Source of the DNA: Eledone cirrhosa
Taxonomy: Eukaryota
DNA length: 55,263 bases
Assembly (NCBI GenBank): GCA_964016885.1
Contig: CAXHJY010000759.1
Location: 1-55,263 of the forward strand
Reading direction: 5' to 3'
Position 1 is the first letter of the stretch; the number at the start of each line of letters is the position of its first letter. Under the pieces are notes generated by a model, which worked only from the letters and a program-made list of their open reading frames with translations, did not search any database and had not been told where the DNA came from. This document shows positions 1 to 11,071 of this stretch, one piece after another. A program made the translations under genes and the position numbers.

Positions 1-81
<81 letters not shown>

Positions 82-170
82 TAATCATTTATCGTTTATT
101 TACTTTTTGACTGTTATATTTAACTCTCTTTCCACTCTCCTCATCCCCCCTCTCTCTCTCTCTCCCGTTG

Positions 171-263
<93 letters not shown>

Positions 264-663
264 CCTTATTACTTCTTCCACCATTATCACTCCGTTCAAC
301 TATCTCAATCTTATCTATTGTTCTCCCTTGTTCATGTTTGAGCCGTTGTGTTCTACGATGGTTCTTTTTATACTTTTGTTTTACCATCTGATTTTTCAAC
401 TATTTGTTTCTAACTGTTGTTGCTGTTGCTGTTACTGCTGTTTCTGACTTCTTTACAAATGTTTGTCTTTTATTTCTCCTCATTTTTTCTATATATTTCC
501 AAACACTATTTACATCTGGTCTTCCCACTCACGTTTATTTATTTCTGATGTTTTTTTTTTACTCTTTTCTTCTCTTATTTTAGGCCTTATGGGATCTTTA
601 TTTTCCACTCAAGACCAACTCGCCTTTAGTTATGTTCAACACTAATTCGTTCCCTCCACTATT

Positions 664-734
<71 letters not shown>

Positions 735-783
735 CTCTCTCTATCTATCTGTTTCTCTGTCTATGTCTCTATCTGCCACACTA

Positions 784-854
<71 letters not shown>

Positions 855-882
855 CCCCCTCTCCCTCTCTCTCAATACACTC

Positions 883-938
<56 letters not shown>

Positions 939-1200
939 CTCAAATACAGCCTTTCCTCTCAATGGTTATCTCTCTATCTATCTATCTATCTATCTATATA
1001 TCTATCTATCTATCTATCTATCTAACCATCTATCTAGCTATCCCTCCCCCTCTCTCTCTATGTATATCTATATATATATATATAAATCTATCTATATCTC
1101 TGTCGATGTCTCTGCCTTCTCTATCTATATATATCTCTCCCTATCTCCTTGTTGCCATCTTTTCTTCTTCGCCTCCCCTTCTCTATCACTCTATCTATAA
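1..1200. repeat. Compound microsatellite region: (TA)n, (TC)n, (TCTA)n
   Basis: Directly visible tracts at about 1-78, 175-261, 667-726, 786-852 and 886-935. The ORFs here are repeat read-through (YIYI, LSLS). Confidence 0.95.
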
Positions 1201-1522
1201 AACATCTCATTTCTGCCCCTCTTCACCCAACGCCATTTTTTTCAAGAATACTTTCCATTCCACTGTAGCATCTTTCCTTCGCAATTTACTTAGTTTATTT
1301 TTTCCCTCCCTAGGTCTTGTTTGCTCTCCTAATCGCTTTACACACTTCTCACTTTTTGTTAGTCTCTTCCTATGTCTCCCTCCCTCTCTCTGTATGTCTG
1401 TCTCTGTCGCTCTTTCTCTATCTGTGGCCTTCCCTACATCCCTCTAGCCCCCTCCCTCCCACTCTCTGGTCTTCCTTATTTCTCTTCTGTCCTGCAACAA
1501 ACCGACTTTCTCATCATGTTTT

Positions 1523-1607
<85 letters not shown>

Positions 1608-2040
1608 AAGATGCGGGGGGGGAGAATGTCACTGTGGGAGGGTTCTGTGGGAGGAAAATAATACATCACACTTCCGTATATACATTCGTATATACATACA
1701 TAAATAAATGAACGCTTGCATGCATATAGATATTACATATAGCATGAAGTCTGACCGCACACGTTCTTATACCACCAACACTGAAACACGAATAAAAAAA
1801 ATGGCAGCAATTCACAGCAAATAGTAGAATTCATACTGATTATTAGATGGACCACAGAATTCTCTGATTTGATTGGCCTCGTTCTTTTGGGTTTATTTTT
1901 GAATATCTCTTTGCTTTATTTCTTATCAATGTTCTTCACTTAATATATAATTTAGCATATTATTGTCTATATATAGCCTAAGGTCAGCCTTGGCTGAGAA
2001 GAATTTTGTTCTAAGACCGTCTAGATATGACCACCCTGTA

Positions 2041-2230
2041 TAATTGTTTCTACTTTAGGCACAAGGCCAGCAATTACCCAGTGCATTACTGGTACTTTAT
2101 TTTATCGACCCCGTAAGAATGAAAGGCAAAGTCAACCTCGGCGGGATTTGAACTCAGATCGTAAAGGGACGTAACTATGCTGGAAAGCATGGCGTCCGAC
2201 CCTCTACCGATACTGCCAATCCACCACCCT
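2041..2230 (-). mobile_element. tRNA-derived SINE, family S1
   Basis: Minus strand has an A-box-like TGGCAGTATCGG and a B-box-like GAGTTCAAATCC, then GCCTTTCATTCTTACGGGGTCGATAAAATAAAGTACCAG (recalls the Meta/MESC-type SINE central domain, from memory). Seven similar copies in the window. Confidence 0.85.
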
Positions 2231-2336
2231 GTATAATGTTATATATATATATATCTATCCCGGGTTCAATCGGGGGTAACCACAGTAAGTAAGGTACTCG
2301 ATACAAAGTAGAGTACAAATACTTAATATAGAAATG

Positions 2337-2385
2337 GCTTCTACAGGACTAGAACTGTTTCATCCGGGATAAATCATCAGGAAGC
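2337..2385 (-). ncRNA. Type I hammerhead ribozyme motif
   Basis: Reverse complement reads GCTTC CTGATGA TTTATCCCGGAT GAAA CAG TTCTAGTC CTG TA GAAGC. Stem I GCTTC/GAAGC, stem III ACAG/CTGT, GUA cleavage triplet. Confidence 0.8.
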
Positions 2386-2432
2386 TTCCTGATGATTTCT
2401 CCTGAATGAAACAGTTCTAGTCCTGTAGAAGC
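2384..2432 (+). ncRNA. Type I hammerhead ribozyme motif
   Basis: GCTTC CTGATGA(2389-2395) TTTCTCCTGAAT GAAA(2408-2411) CAG TTCTAGTC CTG TA GAAGC. Confidence 0.8.
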
Positions 2433-2459
2433 ATTTCTATATTAAATATATATATCATT

Positions 2460-2640
2460 GTATCTAATTTAGAATGTTAGTATAATGCATTTATAGCTGG
2501 TTGCATGTGTTTTGGCTATTTGTTTGAAGGAGAGATTTGGTTGCTATTTTTAGCAAGATGAAGATCTTGTAGCCTGAACACTCCGGCAGTTTCTGCTGCT
2601 TGCCCGAATGCCTGTTTCTTCATTAATTCTAATATTAACA
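2460..2640 (-). pseudogene. Possible decayed PLE GIY-YIG C-terminus
   Basis: Minus-strand frame reads KQAFGQAAETAGVFRLQDLHLAKNSNQ...HMQPAIN, resembling the ...P.LN end of Penelope-type ORFs. Interrupted by a stop. Confidence 0.3.
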
Positions 2641-3278
2641 ACGGTCATAGTAAGAAGTAAGGAAGTAGAGGGACGTGTATGGAAGAGGGTGAAATTGAGC
2701 AAGTCTATGAACTGTGCTGAAATTAACCTGAATCTCAAATTAAACGAAGATTGATGGACCCACAGATTCAGCCTTTCTTTCCAGGAATATCCCAGAACGT
2801 CCGATCACTCGGAATAGTTCATTTTGTATTTGGTTAATGTTGTTATTGCTGTTGTTGCTCTTGTAATAGATGTTGTTGGTGCTGATGTTTATTAGGTGAG
2901 GGTGAAAGCGTGTAATGGCGAGGTTGGCTTTCAATTTATATTTTTACGTATTTTCCCTACTATGTTTTTGGTTGTAATATATATTTAGATTTATTTTTTT
3001 TAGTTTTAGGACTTCGTTTTTTATTCATCTCCCTATTGCCTTCAGACGCCTTTAGGATATCTTCACCAACATACACCATTTCCTTTGCATAGATTACTTC
3101 TACGGTCTAGATAGAATGTTGCATTTGGTTTAATTTTTACTTTACTTTTCTTTCGTCCCATTTTTCTCCCTCTATATTAGGTGTCGAATGTGCATTATTT
3201 TTGTTGCACGCATCGCACACACACACACACACACACACAGAAACTTACTAACACCCCCACACACACACAACAACGCAC

Positions 3279-3352
3279 TAACACCCACACACAGGTACAC
3301 ACGCATATACAGAAACATATATATACACACAAATAAACTCATAAAAACTAAT
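3279..3352 (+). repeat. Donor of a 74-bp local direct duplication (copy at 4102-4175)
   Basis: TAACACCCACACACAGGTACACACGCATATACAGAAAC...CTAAT occurs at both sites with one visible mismatch. Confidence 0.9.
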
Positions 3353-3370
3353 ACACTGTCTCTGTCTCTC

Positions 3371-3415
<45 letters not shown>

Positions 3416-4337
3416 TATATATATATATTTGCATGTATGCATGTATATATATATATACATACATACATACACACGCGCGCACACACACACATATATATAT
3501 GTGCGTATTAGTTTCTGCTGTGATTGTCATTTTTTTATCACTTCTATTCTTTACAAATACTTCACTGTAAATATCTTTGCACATATATGGCAAACATACA
3601 AACATAGACATGGAAACGGGCTCACATATTGATGTATAGTTTCAATATATATATATACACACACACACACAAATATACACACACACATATATATATTTCT
3701 CTAAATATACATGTATATATATAAATATGCCTTTACTTACGTATCGATATAGGATTGTAGCTTACATCTTGTGTGAAATCTTTAATTTTTGTTCTTTATT
3801 TTTAATACATAGATTCATACCTTGTGCTGTTTTGCATTATTTTACTTCACTTTACACAATTATTTTATTTCAAAGTAGATACATTGATTTCTGTCTTAGT
3901 TTGTTTTCTTGTTCTGGAAAATCATTTAAATATTTATATTTTTCAGTCAGGGTATATGTGCTTTTGAACGGGATTCTAGTAAGCATGTCTATGTATTGGT
4001 TGAATGTATGTATATATATATATTCTTTCTCACATCTCATTCACAGCGAACGGTCTGTTTTCTGATCGCTCATGAAATTCACCCAGCTTATGCTGATCGG
4101 ATAACACCCACACACAGGTACACACGCATATACAGAAACATATATATACACACAAATAAACTCATAAACACTAATGTCGGATAACCATCATGTTTCCTAC
4201 CTTCGGTTTGCTTTTCATTCTATGTTGTTTACTTGTCTCACTCGCTTTACGCGATTCACTTGTCCCAATAGCTTAATTTAGTTATTGCTCGCACCAACCT
4301 GAGGTATATGATTTTTAATGCGATGAAATATATATGT

Positions 4338-4520
4338 GAAGGCGTGTGGCTGAGTGGTTAGAGAATTGGATTCACAATCTTGAGGTTGTGAGTTCGAGAC
4401 AGGGCGATGCGTTATGACCGTGAACAAGACACTTTATTTCACGTTGCTCCTTCTACCTGGAGTTGCGACCGATAGATAGTACTAGCAACTGGAAAGACCA
4501 ACGGAAACAATGTTTCCTCG
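4338..4520 (+). mobile_element. tRNA-derived SINE, family S2 (diverged)
   Basis: GAAGGCGTGTGGCTGAGTGGTTAGA (A-box-like) ... GAGTTCGAGAC (B-box-like) ... GAACAAGACACTTTATTTCACGTTGCTCC. A related head begins at 55243. Confidence 0.7.
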
Positions 4521-4610
4521 GTCCGATTTGACGAAAGTCGATCGAGTAAAAAAAAAATATATATATATATATGAATATATGTATAAGTACATATATATAT
4601 ATATATATAT

Positions 4611-4792
4611 AGTGGTGGAACACTGGAAGGTAATATCCGTAGTGGTAGAGCACTCAGTCCAAGGGACGAGTTAGGTAGAAATGGTTACACAACAGTTAGT
4701 TCACCATACCGAGAACAATTGTTTCACATTCGTGGATCTTCAGCTCGGTATTTATGTTCTCGGTATGGTGAACTAACTGTTGTGTAACCACA
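4611..4792 (-). mobile_element. Fold-back hammerhead element, family E
   Basis: Inverted arms 4682-4717 / 4755-4790, tail 4611-4681 with a minus-strand ACTC...GAGTGCT, (TA)n on both sides. Confidence 0.75.
4707..4750 (-). ncRNA. Minimal type I hammerhead ribozyme motif
   Basis: Reverse complement reads TACCGAG CTGAAGA TCCACGAATGT GAAA CAATTG TT CTCGGTA. 7-bp stem I, palindromic stem III (ACAATTGT), GUU triplet. Stem II is weak. Confidence 0.75.
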
Positions 4793-4841
<49 letters not shown>

Positions 4842-5031
4842 TCATATATATATATATGAACACAGGTTTATGTTTACCTATCCATTTGAATGAATATTTA
4901 TCATTGTGTTTTTTTATAAAGAAGGTATTGGTCTCTAGCGAATTAACAAACCTTTGTAGAAATTTAGATAAATCAAAGGCGAGGTGTTACGTGTTGAATT
5001 TTTGTATATATATATATATATATATATATAT

Positions 5032-5228
5032 AACAAAGGAATTGTTGTAAGGAACCAGATGGACCATAACGCACCAGAGTACTCAATACTTAGGGTAGTA
5101 CAGTGGGGAATAGGAAAAAGTATGACGCCGACGGCAGAGCTCAAGCCGTTTCGACGGCTATGTCTGGACAGTCCACAAATAGCCGCCGAAACGGCTTGAG
5201 CTCTGCCGTCGGGGTCATACTTTTTCAT
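5032..5228 (-). mobile_element. Fold-back element, family A copy 1
   Basis: About 78-nt tail plus a terminal hairpin of about 115 nt containing GAAACGGC TTGAGCTCT GCCGTC GGGGTC (3' half of a hammerhead). Inserted in (TA)n. Confidence 0.85.
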
Positions 5229-5248
5229 ATATATATATATATACATAT

Positions 5249-5431
5249 GTAGATGCCGGGGTTGGGGAATGGTAACAACAGTTCATAAAACTACTCAATA
5301 GATTGGTAGAATATAGGCATCTATACATATTTAGAGATATGACTCCTACAGGATTAGAACATTTTCATTCGTATGAATTCATCAGGAATGCCCTGAAGAT
5401 TTAATACGAATGAAACAATTCTAGTCCGGTA
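5249..5431 (-). mobile_element. Family D-like fold-back element (diverged) with hammerhead cores on both strands
   Basis: Minus strand CTGATGA ATTC ATAC GAAT GAAA (5379-5385 = TCATCAG). Plus strand CTGAAGA at 5393-5399 ... GAAA at 5412. Tail resembles 2255-2322. Confidence 0.6.
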
Positions 5432-5493
5432 AAATTTCTCTCTCTCACACATCTGTGTGCGTTTGTGTGTATACATACAAACAGGCACACACA

Positions 5494-5524
<31 letters not shown>

Positions 5525-5790
5525 GCGCGCGCATATAGAGGCGTATGTGTGTGTCTATTTTTGTCTCTTTGTGTGTAGGGGATTATGTGTGTGTATGTAT
5601 GTGTAATAAGATTGAGAGCCGAAGGTGTAGAATTTTAAAAGATGACCAAGCTAAATATGCTTTTATTAACGACACACATCTCGCATTGTCAATGGGTATT
5701 TGTCTCATGTATACTACACATAAACACAAACCTATTCACACACGCAGACACAGAGGGACTCCACCCCTCCACCCCATATATATGCATTCG

Positions 5791-5851
5791 TATTTCATCT
5801 GATGATAGCGTACCAAAATGTTGGTACCCTTGAAATATATATAATAGAATA
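5791..5851 (+). ncRNA. Type I hammerhead ribozyme motif at a PLE-like 3' end
   Basis: TATTTCAT CTGATGA TAGC GTACCAA AATG TTGGTAC CCTT GAAA TATATA TA ATAGAATA. Upstream ORF 5642-5833 has FVSCILHINTNLF, like the PLE C-terminal S.C.H.N..L pattern. Confidence 0.7.
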
Positions 5852-5890
5852 AATATGGTTTTATAAATATAGTTTCCATTTATTTAATAT

Positions 5891-5932
<42 letters not shown>

Positions 5933-6056
5933 TTAGGAGGTGAGTTTGATTGTAGTACAATAAAGCAATGCAGATATCGGATAAGTAGCACTCTACAGTT
6001 TGTAGGACTGGAGTATAAATAATATAAGATCAAAAGATGGTTAAAAGAGTTCCATG

Positions 6057-6127
6057 TATTTTATTATGCGCATTTCAAAAACAAATATCATCATGAGATG
6101 ACATTTGCGTTTTCGTCAGATAAAATA
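6057..6127 (-). ncRNA. Type I hammerhead ribozyme motif (family B)
   Basis: Reverse complement reads TATTTTAT CTGACGA [long stem II AAACGCAAATGTCATC TCAT GATGATATTTGTTTTT] GAAA TGCGCA TA ATAAAATA. 8-bp stem I, palindromic stem III, AUA triplet. Confidence 0.85.
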
Positions 6128-6239
6128 GGGAGACATGATATGAAGGTTAAAAAACACTTGTGAATAGTGCAGTTTTAAATCAACATATATAAAACTGCAC
6201 TATTCACAAGTGTTTTTTAACCTTCATATCTTGTCTCCC

Positions 6240-6310
6240 TATTTTATCTGACGAAAACACAAATGTCATCTCATGATGATATTTGTTTTTGAAATACGCA
6301 TAATAAAATA
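6240..6310 (+). ncRNA. Type I hammerhead ribozyme motif (family B)
   Basis: TATTTTAT CTGACGA(6248-6254) ... GAAA(6291-6294) TACGCA TA ATAAAATA. Confidence 0.8.
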
Positions 6311-7119
6311 CATGGAACTCTTTTAACCATCTTTTGATCTTATATTATATATATATATATATATCACTCTCAAATGGTTTATAGGTTAACTATAATTTTT
6401 GTATGAGAAAATATCGTGAATAAAAGAAAATAATGAAAGGAGAATGAAGATCAGGATAAAAAACAAACCACAAACAGATCCCCTGATAAATGACTATCTG
6501 TGACACATAGAGAATGTGTGCCACAGGGAAAAACCTGCAGAAGAGACAGATCCTGTAAACGGTGGGGATTGCTAAATTTAGTTCGTTCAACTTATATTAT
6601 GTTGCAAATGTATTTGAAGAAGTTGGATAGCACAGAGAATGGTATTTTAACTATGTTAGACAATAATGTATGTTGACTGATATTTTTTTTTCTGTATCCA
6701 TCACTTTCCATCTTGACGGTTTTATTTATTTATTTATTTATTTATTTATTCGACATAGTGAGAAATGAGAAAGAAAAGATAACACAAAAGGATGGGGAGA
6801 GAAGAAAAATGTAGTGAATGAATATTTAATAGAATTAAAAAAAAAAAAAAAGTGTAAACTGCTATTTTCAAACTGACCTCATTTCTAAATAGAACAAGTC
6901 AGTAAGCCAAGTCAGCAACTATCCATCTCAACTAAGCAGGCACTCGTCCATCCATATCACCCTATACCTCCAGCCAGCGGACCTACCTACCAACCAACCA
7001 ACCAACCAACCAACTAAACAACAAACCATCTAGCCAACCGACCAACTAACATATCAGCCTAACATATCATGTCCAGTCAAGTATTAATTAGCATAATATC
7101 CACCCTGCTATTCCAGTTA

Positions 7120-7300
7120 CAGCGTTATAAATTCAGCCTACCGTACGGCACATCAGCCAGCTTGGCTGTACGCTAGCCATGTCGGCATAAATATCTCTGC
7201 GTGGACACAATTTCTGCTAGAAATAGCAGGGAAGTTTGACTCAAATAGTATCCTACTCTGTGTGTAGGATATATTGCATATTGTAAATATAAGTAGACAT
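7120..7300 (+). mobile_element. Fragment of a further interspersed (SINE-like) repeat family
   Basis: ATTTCTGCTAGAAATAGCAG...CTCAAATAGTATCCTAC. Apparently related pieces at about 51420-51590 (+) and 1970-2040 (-). Recognition from memory only. Confidence 0.35.
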
Positions 7301-8566
7301 AAATACACTGATTCATTAAATAATTGTTATTATAGATCAGCTCTATCGAGGCTGATCGCGACCAGATAATGGGAGATTCTAATTCTAGTAAAATAGTTGC
7401 CTATTTTGGGTAGCGAATGGGGATTGATTAAGACGGTGAAATCGAAACCAGTACTGACCTGGAATCTTATAGGAAGCATAGAAGACAAAGTTAGTGAATC
7501 TCGCAGGCTGTTGTATGAAAAAAGGGACAATGTGATAATGCGACAATAGAGAACGCGAGCATTTTGAGTGAAATTGGTTATACGGCGACCGTGTGGAAGC
7601 ATGGAAGAACTGTACTTAAAATTCAAAGGTTCAACCTTGTCACATATCGTGTCACGCTGATTCGGTTTCAGAGTTTGTGTAAGTGTACACATGTCTGTGT
7701 AATAGGGAACAACCTACAAATTAATTCACAAGTTGAACCCCCGTTTGATCAAACAACTAAGGACTTACTAACGAAGCATCTTTGGAAAAACTAGCAAGTT
7801 GAAAAACAATTAAGATTCTATAATAATGACAAATTGTCTCATTGATTACGCCTCTTTCTTTCCAAATATTTCATCAATTTTTACACCCGAAACTTTATCA
7901 AAAATTTCGGAAAAGAATTGGATGATATTCCTCAAGGAATTTTGAGAAAAATTATCGAGGAAAATTTTGAGGACATTTCAGATAATTTTAATGAAATTAA
8001 AAAAAAAATTCTTTTCGAAGAGGTTTAAAAGAATTTACGGGAGAATTGTAATTTAATATTTCATGAATGTTTGGGGAAATATTCGATAGCATATTCATTT
8101 GGAAAATATTTGACAGAATTTCTGGAAACATTTGATGATATTTCTGATGATATTTTTAGAAACTATGTAGCAAAAGATTGGGTCGAATTTTAGGGAAAAT
8201 ATTTAATGATATTTTTACGAAAATCCTTGATCTTTTCAGCAATGGTTGTGGAATTTTCTAATGAAAGTCTATGAACTTGATAACATCAGGATGGCAAAGA
8301 GCATGAGGAGATAACAGGAGATGTGAAGTGTAATGTTACAACAGCTGGTGATTGTGATTATATTTCTGAAAAATACTGTAGAAAGAGATGACAAGTAAAA
8401 CAAGGACGATTGGATAACTATTATAGTAACGATGAATTTGCATTTGCTGGAGAGTCATTGCGGCACTGAGAAGAATGATGCTAACACGAGAAACTAAAGT
8501 GGTTGCTGAAGAAAACATCGATGATCTCAATGTTGATGATGATGATGGTGGTAAGGATCGATATCA

Positions 8567-9200
8567 TAATTGTTTCTATTTTGGGCACAAGGCCAGCAAT
8601 TATCCCAGTGTATTACTGAAGCTTTATTTTACCGACCCCCGTAAGGATGAAAGGCAAAGTTAACTTCGGCCGGATTTGAACTTAGACCAAAAAGGGCCGT
8701 AACTCTTTGCTGCAAAGCATGGCGTCCGACCCTCTACCGATACTGCCTCTATCGATATAATAATTGTTTCTACTTTTGGCACAAGGCCAGCAATTACCCC
8801 AGTTCATTACTGGTACTTTATTTTATCGACCCCGTAAGGATGAAAGGCAAAGTTAACCTCGGCAAGATTTGAACCAAGAATGGCAAGGGCCGTAACTCTT
8901 TGCGTCAAAGCATGGCGTCCGACCCTCTACCGATACGGCCTCTATCGATATAATAATGATGATGAGGATGATGATGATAAGCATAAAGAAGGTGATGATA
9001 AAGATAATAATTGTTTCTACTTTTGGCACAAGGCCAGCAAATTACCCAGTGTATTACTGGTACTTTATTTTATCGACCCCGTAAGGATGAAAGGCAAAGT
9101 TAACCTCGGCGGGATTTGAACTCAGAATGGCAAGGGCCGTAACTCTTTGCGTCAAAGCATGTCGTCCGACCCTCTACCGATACTGCCAATCCACCGCCCC
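8567..9200 (-). mobile_element. Three tandem S1 SINE copies (about 8567-8747, 8760-8940, 9006-9200)
   Basis: Each carries AATTGTTTCTA...GGCACAAGGCCAGCAA...CGACCCCGTAAGGATGAAAGGCAAAGTTAAC...CCGACCCTCTACCGATAC. Confidence 0.9.
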
Positions 9201-9545
9201 GCGATAAAGATAATAATGCTGATGATAAGGATGATATTGAGAATCAGGGTAGTGATAACGATGCTGCTTATAATGCTTATTATGGCGATGATGTCGATGC
9301 TGATGATGAGAATGAGGAGGCGCACTGTAATGAGAATGATGACGACAATGAAGAGCTGTGGGGAGAGAGGATACGCAGCTATATCTGTATGATGATGTAG
9401 AGGATGAAAAATTTAAAAACGAAATGTGGGACATCAAATAAATGCAAAAATGAATAAAATAAATATATAAACAATTAAACAAATAGATATAAAATGAATG
9501 AAACATCATTGATTGATGTTGGTACAATGTTACTGCCATCCCTCA

Positions 9546-9558
9546 CCACCAGGGGGCG
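9546..9558 (+). promoter_or_regulatory. CTCF-like core motif
   Basis: CCACCAGGGGGCG matches the canonical CTCF core consensus, in AT-rich non-repeat sequence. Motif match only. Confidence 0.4.
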
Positions 9559-9883
9559 TTCTGTATTCTAATCAATAACGCAATGTCCAAATCAATGATT
9601 ATATTTTCTTCTATTTTTTTTTTTTTGTACTTTAGTTTGCTGACGTTCATGTATATATATGTTGTTGTTGTTGTTGTTGTTGCTGTTGTTGTCTTTTTTC
9701 GTCTTCTTTTATCGTCGTTCTCGGATAAGATTCAGGCAACATATTCAGTTTCCGTTACTGTTGCTTCTTCACCTATATGAGATCTTACGTCGAACATATG
9801 CAAGTGTATTCACGTTTACACACGCACACATAGTCGCATACAAGCAAATATTGAAAAGTACACACAGATACAAACACACACAA

Positions 9884-9921
<38 letters not shown>

Positions 9922-9940
9922 TTATATATATCAAACATGA

Positions 9941-10007
9941 TGTTTATACTTCTTATATATTGAGTAACATACTTACGGTGGTTACCCCCCGATTGAACCT
10001 GGGACTC

Positions 10008-10008
<1 letters not shown>
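9941..10008 (+). mobile_element. Tail-only fragment of family D
   Basis: TTGAGTAACATACTTACGGTGGTTACCCCCCGATTGAACCTGGGA aligns with the reverse complement of about 2257-2300. TA flanks. Confidence 0.7.
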
Positions 10009-10071
<63 letters not shown>

Positions 10072-10152
10072 GGTAAACAGAAATAACAACACAATCGGTA
10101 CAGTATATGGAAGGGATATATTAGGTTAACGCTTGATATAGCAGGAAGAGGG

Positions 10153-10188
10153 TCTGAACGTTTCGGACGCTAGTCCTTCATCAGAAGA
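10153..10188 (-). ncRNA. Minimal hammerhead ribozyme motif at a PLE 3' end
   Basis: Reverse complement reads TCTT CTGATGA A GGAC TAGC GTCC GAAA CG TT CAGA; stem I is imperfect. Upstream on the minus strand (about 10295-10350) a frame ends ...FESVKE*CSYTPRLN, like a GIY-YIG ORF end. Confidence 0.7.
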
Positions 10189-10376
10189 AAGAGTGAGAAA
10201 TAAGATAGATTGAGGGGACGGACGGGTTGGAATTGGAAAACATGTCTTTAGATAAAAATAACAGGTCCATTCAGTGTGTGTGTGTGTGTGTGTTTAAGCG
10301 TGGGGTATAAGAACATTATTCTTTGACTGATTCAAAAGTGTTCTGTAACGAGTGATTATTTCTATCTGTTATTTAT

Positions 10377-10452
10377 TGCGTTGAAGATGTTAACTTCAGA
10401 TTCAGATGATTTCAAAAAAAATTCATAACCCACTGAACGCTTTTAAAAATAG

Positions 10453-10509
<57 letters not shown>

Positions 10510-10536
10510 CACACACACACACACACACACACGCGC

Positions 10537-10574
<38 letters not shown>

Positions 10575-10585
10575 GTGTGTGTGTG

Positions 10586-10644
<59 letters not shown>

Positions 10645-10720
10645 CTATTTTTAAAAGCGTTCAGTGGGTTATGAATTTTTTTTGAAATCATCTGAATCTG
10701 AAGTTAACATCTTCAACGCA
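10377..10720. repeat. Palindrome with about 80-bp unique arms enclosing mirrored (TA)n/(CA)n/(TG)n
   Basis: 10377-10456 is the reverse complement of 10641-10720. The ORF track shows identical N-termini ([18 protein letters not shown]) on both strands. Confidence 0.95.
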
Positions 10721-11029
10721 TGTTTTTGACAATGAACAAAATTAGGCGTATAAGCCCCTGGGGACGGAAAAAAGTGTAGTGCGCCACCCATTACATTACT
10801 TGATGCTGTTAACTTTTCCCCTATCTAGGGGATTATGTGTCAAACAGGCTAGAGTGTCTTTTATAGTAAAGAATGTACACTGTCGCACTGAAGTATAAGT
10901 TAAACTAAATTCAAAGATTTCATAACTCGTTCAAATTATTCGGCTGAAAATGTTAAATGCCTCGCCTTCCTGCTACTGTTTAGATGAAGATGGTGATCAT
11001 TGAGATGCTTCGATGATGATGATGATGAA

Positions 11030-11071
<42 letters not shown>

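Larger units (their letters stand above)
2255..2445 (-). mobile_element. Fold-back hammerhead element, family D (PLE-like 3' end)
   Basis: Inverted arms 2323-2384 / 2385-2445 about the axis GAAG|CTTC, a one-sided tail 2255-2322, and TA flanks. Confidence 0.8.
5934..6347 (-). mobile_element. Fold-back hammerhead element, family B copy 1
   Basis: Arms of about 158 bp (6020-6177 / 6190-6347), tail 5934-6019, (TA)n on both sides. Confidence 0.9.

Noticed and set aside
2041-2230. tRNA gene
   Set aside because: A/B boxes are present, but I see no cloverleaf, and the head is fused to a multi-copy SINE body.
7860-8270. Degenerate GAAAATATTT/GATATTT-rich stretch
   Set aside because: No definable period or ORF by eye. 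Treated as low-complexity DNA.
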